This document shows positions 12,795 to 23,874 of a stretch of DNA of 46,087 nucleotides, piece after piece. The translations under genes and the position numbers were made by a program. The notes under the pieces are model-generated. The model was not told where the DNA came from and searched no databases. It worked only from the letters and a program-made list of their open reading frames with translations. The DNA lies in assembly GCF_001194135.2 (NCBI RefSeq), contig NC_068981.1, positions 92,697,857 through 92,743,943 of the forward strand, read 5' to 3'. Positions within the stretch are counted from its first letter, which is position 1. The number at the start of each line of letters is the position of its first letter. Source of the stretch: Octopus bimaculoides (taxonomy: Eukaryota).

Positions 12795-12930
12795 TGGTTT
12801 TCAAATTCCACCAAGTTCTACTTTGCTTATCATCGTACGCGGGACGATAAGTACCAGTCAATGTAAACTACAAACTCCACCTCCACGCGCATTTCAGACC
12901 TTGTGCCTATTGTAAGAATAATGATATTTT
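12795..12930 (+). mobile_element. Decayed SINE (B box, central domain and ATT-like tail)
   Basis: GGTTTTCAAATTCC...CTTTGCTTATCATC...CGATAAGTACCAG...TTTCAGACCTTGTGCCTAT. Confidence 0.4.
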
Positions 12931-12959
12931 TAATAATAGGAAATCATTATTACTATTCT

Positions 12960-13425
12960 TTTTAACTCAGGTCCTGTTGAAACACCTGGTGTCTTGCATG
13001 CGTAGTCCGCTTCCTACCTGCAGGCTACGTACAATACTATCTGTCCTATTCAACTACTTAATACTTTCCTGATTATTCTGTCTGTGCCAAGGAGACAAAC
13101 CGTTTGTAACGGCGCTACGGGGGGGCCCTATTCCGATTTCGTTCATATTCCTCATGATGCCTTCTGAAACTATCCCCAAGGGTTCGGTAATAATCGAAAC
13201 TATCTTTACCTACTTCATTTTTCATAGCCGGGCTATTTCGTACTTAAGAATATTGTATATGCCTATTTTTTCGCCTTCCTTCTTTATTATTTCTGGGTTA
13301 GATGGGCTCACAAAATCAATTACATAGCACATGTGGTCCACCTTGTTCACCTCCACTAAGTCCGACTTGTTATGTTCCTGCACCTGATCTGTTTGAACTG
13401 GGAAATCCTACTGGACCATGCAGAT
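12960..13425 (-). mobile_element. R4/Dong-clade 3' fragment (RLE domain, family C), pseudogenised
   Basis: Minus-strand translation DFPVQTDQVQEHNKSDLVEVNKVDHMCYVIDFVSPSN...EKIGIYNILKYEIARL*KMK...LGTDRIIRKVL. It starts directly after (TAA)n. Confidence 0.8.
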
Positions 13426-13440
13426 TTATTATTATTATTA

Positions 13441-13507
<67 letters not shown>
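13426..13507. repeat. (TTA)n / (TAA)n tract linking two R4/Dong copies
   Basis: Direct reading. Confidence 0.95.
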
Positions 13508-15479
13508 GTTGTTTTTCCTTCTTTCTTCAAATTTTCTTCCATTTCTCGCCGAGTGTTTTCCGTACACCTAGGGCAGAGAAACTCGTTGTATGCAATCCCA
13601 GTTTACACACGCAAATTCACACGTAAAACATGTATTAAAAAAAAAATTGTTTTATCATGAATGGATGTTGTTTTCACAGCGATAATGTTCTTCTCAGTAC
13701 ATGGTTCGTTCCAGTTAGCACGATTTTTTGCACTTCCTGTAGGGATGGTAAGCCTGGTATCATTTTCAAATAGGTTTCAGTACCTTATTTTTTATCATTC
13801 CTAGAGATCCTACAATAACTGGTATGGTAGTCGCCTTGAGGTACCACATTTTTTCAATTTCTATTAGCAAGTCTTTATATTTACTGATCTTGTCAAATTC
13901 TTTCGCCGCTATATTATGATCAGAGGGAATACTCATGTCAATTAATAAACACGTCTTCTTTGTCTGATCTTTTATGATGATATCCGGTTTATTAGCTTTT
14001 ATAGCCTTGTCAGTATGTACGGGGAAGTCCCAGAGAATCGATACATTTTCTCCTTCAGTCACAGCTTCAGGNNNNNNNNNNNNNNNNNNNNNNNNNNNNN
14101 NNNNNNNNNNNNNNNNNNNNNNNNNNNNNNNNNNNNNNNNNNNNNNNNNNNNNNNNNNNNNNNNNNNNNNNNNNNNNNNNNNNNNNNNNNNNNNNNNNNN
14201 NNNNNNNNNNNNNNNNNNNNNNNNNNNNNNNNNNNNNNNNNNNNNNNNNNNNNNNNNNNNNNNNNNNNNNNNNNNNNNNNNNNNNNNNNNNNNNNNNNNN
14301 NNNNNNNNNNNNNNNNNNNNNNNNNNNNNNNNNNNNNNNNNNNNNNNNNNNNNNNNNNNNNNNNNNNNNNNNNNNNNNNNNNNNNNNNNNNNNNNNNNNN
14401 NNNNNNNNNNNNNNNNNNNNNNNNNNNNNNNNNNNNNNNNNNNNNNNNNNNNNNNNNNNNNNNNNNNNNNNNNNNNNNNNCTTTTGCTCTCTTTCAGAAT
14501 AGAGTGAAGTTTTTTCGGTCTTTCATGTTTTTCAACAAGGACTGCTGAGGAATTTATGGCTAACACCTTATTATATGCATTCAGCTCAGACTTCAGAACT
14601 GCTCGAACTCTTCCATAACAATCCTTCCTAACCGTCTCTCTCATGCTTGCATGTTGGATACCAGAGCCTTCATTTATTCCTAGGTATTTATAGGTTTGTT
14701 CCTGCTCAAGTTCTTTTATTACTGTTTCGACATCTAATTCTATTGAACTTGACTTTACCAGTTTCCCTTTCTTAAAAGTGGCTTTGGCACACTTTTCAAG
14801 GCCAAACTCCATCCCGATATCATCACTGAATCCTTTCACAGTATGTAATAGTCCTAGTGGTGAAAGCGAGTCATCTTGGAAAATGCCACAGTTTATGCTA
14901 ATATTGTTTGAGTGCAATACTCCATTAGAATGATATAATTGCAGCTTCGTGTTCCATAGTGACATATTATACTTTAAAAAATCTGAAGTCACAGGAGAAA
15001 TTTTGAAAATGTCCAGCGATTTCAGAATCCACGAATGTGGTATGCTGTCAAAGGCTCTTTTATAATCAATCCATGTAGAGCTGAGATTTCTGCGCTTGTT
15101 ATGGCAGTTCTCAAGGATCATGCGATTAATTAAGAGCTGATCTTTGCATCCGTATGAGCCTCGTCTGCATCCTTTTTGTTCAGTGGGAAAGAGGTTATTC
15201 TCTTCCATAAACGTATATGTTTTCTCCACTAGAATAAATGTCAAAATCTTATAGGTAGTAGACAAACATGTTATAGGCCGGTAGTTTTTTGGATCTTTGG
15301 TTTCGTTATTTTTCGGGAGGAGGTAAGTAATACCATTTGCCATCCAATGGGGAGTTTTTTCTGGGTCTTTCATAATACTATTAAATAGTATTACTAACAT
15401 TTGTGTGCGGACGAGAGTGATGAGAGCCAGAAATTTGGTACTCTAACAGTACCAGGGGATTTCCACTTATGAGCCTTCG
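13508..15479 (-). mobile_element. 5'-truncated, internally deleted R4/Dong-clade non-LTR retrotransposon (RT + RLE, family A)
   Basis: RT motifs KNYRPITCL, EQKGCRRG...KDQLLIN, WIDYKRAFDSIPHSW, GIFQDDSLSP, YKYLG; RLE motif ILWDFPV...ANKPDIIIKD...LLIDMSIP...KISKYKDL. Flanked by (TAA)n on both sides. The YMDD region is absent, there is a frameshift near the C-terminus, and an N gap lies at 14072-14480. Confidence 0.92.
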
Positions 15480-15497
15480 TTATTATTATTATTATAA

Positions 15498-15812
15498 TTT
15501 TCTTCAGGTCGAGTAGCCCATCCCGCTCAAAAGGTCTCTGAATAAGGGTTGCTTAAGGATGTTGAACGAAATACCCATATTTCCAGAGGTGAATCATCCA
15601 AACCCTAAAGAATTCTTCTCAAAACATTGCGATGCTGCTCTCCCACTACTTCATCTCTCGATCAGAGATACACACATCATCAGCCACCGAGGGACATTCT
15701 CAACTGGTTACGGTCAAACAACTGACAAGCAACACTGTGGTATTGAGCAGAATATTTGCTGTAGCCCATCTTTTATACTAAGACAAAACAATGTACATGA
15801 TGGCACTTCCAA
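15498..15812 (-). mobile_element. Non-coding TAA-anchored interspersed repeat (family X)
   Basis: Clearly homologous to 32061-32455 (CAGGTCGAGTAGCCCATCC...GGATGTTGAACGAAA...CAAAACAATGTACATGAT). Both copies abut (TTA)n. Strand is inferred from neighbouring elements. Confidence 0.7.
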
Positions 15813-15814
15813 TC

Positions 15815-15883
<69 letters not shown>

Positions 15884-15930
15884 CGCTGCTGTTGTTGTTG
15901 TTATCATCATCATCATCTTCATAATTATTA
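15815..15930. repeat. (TTA)n/(TTG)n/(TCA)n trinucleotide tract
   Basis: Direct reading. Confidence 0.95.
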
Positions 15931-15934
15931 ATAT

Positions 15935-16190
15935 TTCACTTTATGACAGGTTTTGTTCTAGTCCCTGTAGTCTTGCATGCTATCCGTTCTTATCTAATAA
16001 TTTCCTGATTATTCTTGGCGTACTAAAGTGGCAAACCTGTTGTAACAGTTCTACCGGGCAGTCTATTTTAATTTCCTTTATATTCCTCTTGATATCTCCA
16101 GATACTGTTCCCAAAGACCCAAGAATAATTGGCAATACCTTCACTTTCTTCATTTTCCATAGCCAGGCTATTTCGTACATAAGCGGGATG
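15935..16190 (-). mobile_element. R4/Dong-clade 3' fragment (family C)
   Basis: YEIAWLWKMKKVKVLPIILGSLGTVS...RIIRKLL, homologous to 12960-13260. Confidence 0.8.
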
Positions 16191-16229
16191 TATTTATCTA
16201 TCTATACCTGGGCCCACGTATAGCGTCTA

Positions 16230-16640
16230 CGCTTTGTTCATACGTACTTTTTATCATGCCTAATGTTCTAGTTATTAGTGATCTTGTTTTCAGTTTCAAG
16301 TCCCACATCTTGAATACTTCAATTTAGAGATCTTTGTACTTTGACAATTTTTATACTTTGAGACTGCAATGTCTATCACCTAGCAGGTGTTTTTATACTT
16401 TAAATCCTTCATTTTTATGTCTGAGCGATTAGCATTTATTTCTTTGTCATCTTGAAGAGGGATATTCCAGATTATTGTGACCTAGTCGTTGTCGAGTACC
16501 TTCTTTGGCAATTTTTTAATACAGATTCTTGTTCGCTTTTATGTTGTAGTGTTGGCATATTATCCAGTGGATATAATTACTTTCTCGGTCATATCTGTAT
16601 ATACATTCGGGTGTTGATAAGGAATGGACAGCCAGTGCTT
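16230..16640 (-). mobile_element. Decayed R4/Dong-clade RLE fragment
   Basis: With frameshifts reads YIHWIICQHYNI...VTIIWNIPLQDDKEINANRSDI...VIDIAV...KYKDL*IEVFKMWDLK. Confidence 0.7.
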
Positions 16641-18049
16641 GTTGCATTTGGTGTTATGATCAGTTTTCGTTATTTTGCTTTTATAATTGCTTGTGGACAG
16701 TTATTAGTTGGTAATCGATATTTTCAATACTGCCAAAATACGTTGTGGTAGAGAGGACTACAACACAGAAGCCAGCGTATGTGTGGAGTTTAACCATCTT
16801 TTACAGCGGCATATGAAGCTAGTATACAATTTAGCCAACTCCTATCTCAATATATAATATCGATTCCCCATGAGATTACGATCGGTTGAGTTGCAGAACC
16901 AAAGCTAAGTTTATGCGCTGTTAGGCAATACTGACCAAAGCAGTTTTTAGTGCAAAACATTTGGAGTTCTTCCATGAGTGCAAACATTTTAGAGTAGACA
17001 AAAGTGTGAACTCGTTGTTTTGATCGTGAACATGAGAAAATGCATTGAATCAACTCCTAAATGTCGTTATACAAGCATCCCGCGTTGTCTGCTGGACCTC
17101 ACACCAGGCATCACAGTAGTAGGGCATCTAGGTCTCTGCCAAATTCTGCAACTCAAATTTATGTGACTTCCAGCACATTATTGTCATACACATAGATGTT
17201 TCGTGTCGCTAGTGTATATGTAGGTCTGAGATCCCTGTATTTTTCACGAATTCATGGTCAATATAGCAGAAAGATAAGATATATCACCATTTCACTATCG
17301 CTCTGTCACTTGAATGGTTGTGTTGATGTAGAATGTCTATTGCCTCACCTTATTAGCTGAGTGGTGTCATAGATTGTGCCTCCTTTATCATATTATTCTA
17401 TTAACATAGAATCAATTGAATGGACAAGTAATCGTTACAATGATGATTGTCAACGTGTCAATTTCCTCTTAACCACGATATATTTTATCATTCATTTAAG
17501 AAAAAAATGCATCAGCCAAGCACTAACAGATGTTCTATGAATTGTGTTTGTTCTTTTTTTTTTGGCAATATTAGATATGAATGCGAGGCACTCATTTAAA
17601 ACAAACTGGCAACAGATATAATTAAGATTTAGTTATTCTAATGTAATTGAAATTTTGACGGCCTTCTCAATTAACAACAATCATAATTTTAGCAAATTTT
17701 TCTAATTTTCTGAGATGTAGCTATATTGATTTTTGTACGGAGTAATTCAAATTATACAGTATAAAATATTTAGCAAATATTGATAAATAACGAAAGTGAA
17801 TCGAGAGATTCAGAAATTTTATAGCTATTTCAGAGAAAATTAGTGAAATTGAAAATTTGAGAGATTATTATGGGATTCATTTCTAATATAATAGCTATGT
17901 TTAGAATCGCAAATCTTAATTTGAAACGACTCAGTGTTTTCACATTTTACATTCGGAAGCTAAATTTTCTAGATTATCAATATAAGACAACAAAATTGCT
18001 GCTCTTTTTTGTTGTCATAGATATTACTCTTTATTATTATTATTATCGT

Positions 18050-18393
18050 TCAGTAGTTTTATTTTTATAACGTGCTTTCACTTCACTACCGAGCGCAGCT
18101 CTGTGCGCCTTGGGTATGTGCTGTGGTTTGCTGTGGTGCTCTTATGTTTACTGTATTGAAAGTGTTTTGCGTAGAATGTGTGCAGTACCCAGTAGTGCAA
18201 TTTTCTGTATGTTATATATATTTGTAAGTCCTGGTATTTTTGTTATGTATTTGTCTGAATATTTTTTTATTATACCTAAGGCACCTACTATGATAGGAAT
18301 TGTTTCTGTTTTCAGATTCCACATTCCAGTTATCTCTATTTCCAGGTCTTTGTATTTTGAAAGTTTTTCCATTTCTTTTAGAGAAACGTTGTC
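18050..18393 (-). mobile_element. R4/Dong-clade 3' end (family B) flanked by (TAA)n on both sides
   Basis: EKLSKYKDLEIEITGMWNLKTETIPIIVGALG...LGTAHILRKTLSIQ* plus 3' UTR. (TTA)n at about 18033-18047 and 18394-18448. Confidence 0.9.
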
Positions 18394-18408
18394 TATTATT
18401 ATTATTAA

Positions 18409-18448
<40 letters not shown>

Positions 18449-18545
18449 GAGTGAGAGAGCAGTCAGTGCATGCCATAAAAGTGACACTGGTGTAAAATAT
18501 ACGAAGCCCATTATACCCCTCATGACTACCCGTCCATCAACTGGT
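18449..18545 (-). mobile_element. 3' end of a TAA-tailed non-coding repeat (possibly family X)
   Basis: The minus strand ends GCATGCACTGACTGCTCTCTCACTC-AATAATAAT. Family assignment is from recall only. Confidence 0.4.
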
Positions 18546-18929
18546 TCTATATATATAAGTTCTTGCACAATCAATCTGATAATTATGAACCTTTCAACTA
18601 TTACGTAATTCCGGTCTCCCAGAAATAGCTGTCACATTACAAAAAAAAAAACGATTCCACCCCAGGGTTCTGTATTTTTTAATAGTCCGGGCAAATGTTT
18701 TTGTAAAGTATATTTAAATATCTATAGACTTGTGCATAAGTTTTTATCTTCTGAATATATTCATTTTTCAATACCCAATCATATATGTACATGTGTATAT
18801 GAATGTATGTTTGCGTATATATATATATATATACATATATATGTATATGTGTGTGTATGTATATGCGTGTGCGTATGTGTGTATCAAGCCTAATGGTGTT
18901 TATATGCGTCACTGTCTGTTTATCTATCC

Positions 18930-19032
<103 letters not shown>

Positions 19033-19734
19033 ATGATCCAGAGATATACGCACATCTGTATATACAGGTATTTATAACTTACAAATTCTGGCCTTCAATG
19101 GTACCCATATGTTGATAGAAACTCTTATTATACCGTCGGAGCCGCGATACTATTTAATATTCACATATAATCTGTCTTTTGATTTCTGCTAGTCACAAGT
19201 TAGTTTATGATCTGTTTTCTTGAGCAGAGATAAAAACCCACAACTTGTTATAATCGCAGACATTAGATATTGTCATTCAACATTATTTTATTATTGATTT
19301 CATGTTCTTTCCTAGATTTTCTTTTGATTTCGTCCGTGTTTTTCTAAATAATATTACTAACTAATTATTAGCTGACTCATATATAACACGAACCCAATCA
19401 GCAGGCACTACGTTTTTGATTTTTGTTCTTGTCTTTCATCTATTCGTCTAGTAAAATATTCGTATCTTTCTGTTCCTTGTCACAATTATTCCATAACTAC
19501 TTGACTACAACATCAAGCGAATGTTAATACTATATGTTATCCCTTTACAGAGTAAACACAGAATTTTATTTCTATCATATACGCGAATAAGATCATGGTT
19601 TATATCTTCATATAACATGTCAACTATCTAATAACGATTATATGTGTATGTATATGTGTATATAGATATATGTGTGTGTGTGTGTGAATATGCATATATG
19701 AATGTGTGCTTATCATTCTATATGCGTATATAGA

Positions 19735-19739
19735 AAGAG

Positions 19740-19800
<61 letters not shown>

Positions 19801-19822
19801 TATGTAGGTATGTATGTATGTA
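19735..19822. repeat. (GA)n plus (TATG)n microsatellite
   Basis: Direct reading. Confidence 0.95.
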
Positions 19823-21339
19823 TAATTACTGCGTGGACAGCAACTATTGCTGACATGATAGGGACATAAGCTCTGCGGTTTAGTGGGCTGACAAATGTTG
19901 ATAGAAATGTTTGTTCTTAACACCGCAGTTTCAATATTTGAGAGGAGAAAAAACTGAAAATGCTGCTACACAGCTCTAATTTATCACGTTAGAAATGTCA
20001 AAACTCTCATACGATCTATTACCGAAGGTACTTTCTCGAATGCTCCCGTTGAGAAAAGATGAATGAGTGTAGTGAGATAGGGGCAGTTTCTCAATAATAA
20101 GATATAAATCTACTACATTGAACACATTGAAAACTTCCGTTAGACAAATGAGAATTCAGTACAAATCCATTTGCTGTTTAAGGCATTTTTCATTTCTCTG
20201 CATTTACCTTGCACTGAAAACCACGTTTGCATCACTCTTTTCAAGCGGGAACCCACAGTGTGAATCGGAGAGATGTGATTTAAAAAAACGTGATAATTTT
20301 AGTCTGAATAAAAAGCAGGTAAATTATTTACTGGTAAATATTGGAATTTTTACCAGTAAAATTGTGGTATTTCATGTGACAAGCCTATCAATTAGAATAA
20401 TTTCTTCTTTTCAAACACCGAGCAACATATTTTAGAATTCTTCCTTTCATTTCAAATCAAGGACCTTGTAAAATTTTGCTGAAATCGTAATAGGGCTCTA
20501 TCCAGGAAGACAGGACCCACGATCCGTACAGATGAATGCAGTTATTCTACGAAAATCTGACAACAGTCGTGCATGTGCCAGCCCACAGGTAATTTACCAG
20601 GTCTAGATCGAATCCGACGTGAAATACACATAACACCGTCTATATGCGGGTGAAATGCATAGACTAGCGAGAACGATGACCCAAAGTTATATGCTTGTGT
20701 GTGTGTGTGTGTGCGCGCACGCATGTATGTGTGTGTGTGTGCGAGCGTGTGTGAGAGCGCGTGTGTTTGAGTGATTATACATAAATATATTCATAGGGGA
20801 CAGCTGTGTATTCATTTATTTGAGTTAATTTTCGACAACTGTCTATATTTAACTCATTGTCAAAAGAAAAACAAACTCTCTCTTCCTTATGTAAGTTGAC
20901 ATGTGGCATAATGGGTCCATTTTTCCAAAATTTTGAAAATAATGTCAACTACAAAACAACATGTAAAAGTTAATATGAAATCTCAATCTCAAAATATGCA
21001 TCATGATTTTGTTAAGAACTTCCGATGGATTGGGAACAATTTTTTTTGCTCATTTCGTATATACATAACTAAGATTGAATCACTATGAAAATCTATAATT
21101 TCAAAATTTGTTGGGAGATAATAAGTCAATCACAAATGGAGTGAAACACAGTGCAGTATTTGAATAAAAATCTGACAAACTGTGGGTGAATGTTGAATGT
21201 AATCCATAAAGAAATACATGAGATGCATTCGAACTTAAAGAGACGCAAAATAAAAGAAGAGAAAATGTCTACAAAAGAACAGCCAATTTGAGTTTAAATC
21301 GATTACTATAAGATCCTCTATTCAGTAAATGAACTCAAA

Positions 21340-22450
21340 ATTAAGCTCTACACTTCCCGCAGGGGAACTCTTGGTTAACAAAAAGTTCTCTTATAATACA
21401 ATTATGGGAAACATAATCATCACAGTAACCAAGCTTCGTTCTCCCCACCTTTGCACCTGCTTCAGAATCTCTTGCAGATGGAGCACTCAGCGTTCTCTTC
21501 CGTCGTTATATCAGCACATTCATGGTCACCATCACTACTATCAAAAACCCACTGTGTTACCTGTTTTCTACTATTTTGAAACATATAATCCTCCTTCCTT
21601 TCCACTCTTAGACTTGTTGCTTCTTTGGTGCACTGTTTGCTGCACAATCTTCTACCTGAACTTGATACTGTGTAAATATCAATAATTACATGGAACAATG
21701 CTTCTAAAAATACTTTCAGATACTGGCACATATTTGAAAGGTATGGAAGACTTCTTTAATTCTTCTTTTCTCCTGTTTATAGAACCTTATTTGTTATATA
21801 TTAAGTTACCTATATTACCCCACGCTGCAAACTGACAAGTGAACCTTCATACCCAGCCCTTGAATTACCTTCAGCTTTAGAATTTCCAGTGATATTTCGT
21901 TTCTCTAAAATAACGTAGGTAAAGAAGTTATTCTGAACAGACTTTCAGTACAACAAATCCAAATCTGCTGTACTTCTTGCTGCACCGTGATGTTTTGTTT
22001 TACCATCAAAAATTGTTGCTCTAAGGATTGAAGTTTCTGATCCATTATGAGGAATTTGAAATATAGTTAGCTGGAATTATATAACGCTTATAAAGGCAAG
22101 AAAGATGACGTAATCCATAATGGGTGTCACTTAATACTTCGTGATTCGGAGTTTAGAGAAAATTATGAAAACTCAGGCAAATGACTCATTATATCCCACT
22201 GACTCGTTCTATCCCAATCCCTTATTTCTCTCGGCAAGTTTCGTATCAAATGGTTCATGACGCGCTGCAAAGATCAGCAGCCATTATAAGCAGTGCATCG
22301 GATTACAATACTCATAGATCTCTCGTTTTAGAATTGGGAAAATTACTGCTGAATTACAATCATAAATTATTACCAATGCACACTGTCGTATTTCTGGCGG
22401 TTTTCCTCTTACATTAGATATTTTTCACGCCTCCCGAAACTACTCATTAA
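21340..22450 (-). pseudogene. Possible decayed pogo/Tigger-like transposase with a C-terminal PHD-like finger
   Basis: With a frameshift the minus strand reads ECSICKRF*SRCKGGENEAW..CDD..SHNC......EFPCGKC. Weak upstream matches KLAERN and IFRSIVPCN. Confidence 0.35.
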
Positions 22451-22559
22451 AGTGTCATTTGCAAATACGATTTATCATGCCAATAAAAATGTACTTCTAA
22501 ATGAAATTTTTTTCCTGACTTTCAATATGCCTATTACAATCTAAAGATACATACACACG

Positions 22560-22595
22560 CACACGCACATATATATATTTGTGTGTGTGCGTGTG

Positions 22596-22630
<35 letters not shown>

Positions 22631-22647
22631 GTGTCTGTGTGTGTGTG
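22560..22647. repeat. (CA)/(TA)/(TG) microsatellite
   Basis: Direct reading. Confidence 0.9.
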
Positions 22648-23071
22648 GCCAAATCCGAATCCTCATGGTCAGCGAATTATTGATACAAAGATGCGTTGTC
22701 ACATTACATTATATTTCACCTGAATTTTAATTAATTTGCGCTATATCGCTTGCATGAACATAATTACTAGCACTTATTCGAGTATGAAAAACCGTATTTA
22801 ATGAATGTTGTGTTGCATTTGCGTATTGTTATTAGTAATCATTCTTTCTTTTATAATCAATAGTTATTCATTACAATTGGCTTTTCCAAAAGTGTCTTAT
22901 CAACTATAGGAATGTTTTAAAATGTGAACTTAGAGAAATGTCGCAGCTAAGAGCGAGAGATATGATGGTAAAGACGGAAACGTATTTCGTAATACGGTGA
23001 CTTTGAAACAAAATATAATACTAACATTAAAATAATATACTTAGGTGTGTCATAAAATTACATACATAAAT

Positions 23072-23196
<125 letters not shown>

Positions 23197-23477
23197 NNNN
23201 NNNNNNNNNNNNNNNNNNNNNNNNNNNNNNNNNNNNNNNNNNNNNNNNNNNNNNNNNNNNNNNNNNNNNNNNNNNNNNNNNNNNNNNNNNNNNNNNNNNN
23301 NNNNNNNNNNNNNNNNNNNNNNNNNNNNNNNNNNNNNNNNNNNNNNNNNNNNNNNNNNNNNNNNNNNNNNNNNNNNNNNNNNNNNNNNNNNNNNNNNNNN
23401 NNNNNNNNNNNNNNNNNNNNNNNNNNNNNNNNNNNNNNNNNNNNNNNNNNNNNNNNNNNNNNNNNNNNNNNNNNNNN

Positions 23478-23590
23478 CTGGTGTTTTTGTTATGTATTTG
23501 TCTGAATATTTTTTTATTATACCTAAGGCACCTACTATGATAGGAATTGTTTCTGTTTTTAGATTCCACATTCGAGTTATCTCTATTCGA

Positions 23591-23591
<1 letters not shown>
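23478..23591 (-). mobile_element. R4/Dong family B fragment (remainder in the gap)
   Basis: MWNLKTETIPIIVGALGIIKKYSDKYITKTP, nearly identical to 18230-18350. Confidence 0.85.

Positions 23592-23674
<83 letters not shown>
23592..23674. repeat. (TTA)n linker
   Basis: Direct reading. Confidence 0.95.
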
Positions 23675-23676
<2 letters not shown>

Positions 23677-23872
23677 ATAGTTTTATTTTTATAGTGTGCT
23701 TTCACTCCATTACCGAGCGCAGCTCTGTGTTCCTTGGGTATGTGCTGTGGTTTGCTGTAATGCTCTTATGGTTACTGTATTGAAAGTGTTTCGCGTAGGA
23801 CGTGTGCAGTGCCCAGTAGTGCAATTTTGTGTATGTTATTTATATTTGTAAGTCCTGGTGTTTTTGTTATGA
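23675..23872 (-). mobile_element. R4/Dong family B 3' end
   Basis: Homologous to 18050-18245 (ACCGAGCGCAGCTCTGTG...GTACTGTATTGAAAGTG-like); 3' end abuts (TAA)n. Confidence 0.88.
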
Positions 23873-23874
23873 AT

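Noticed and set aside
15670-15690. CTGATGA on the minus strand as a hammerhead (also 41715-41730)
   Set aside because: No properly placed stem II, GAAAC and NUH.
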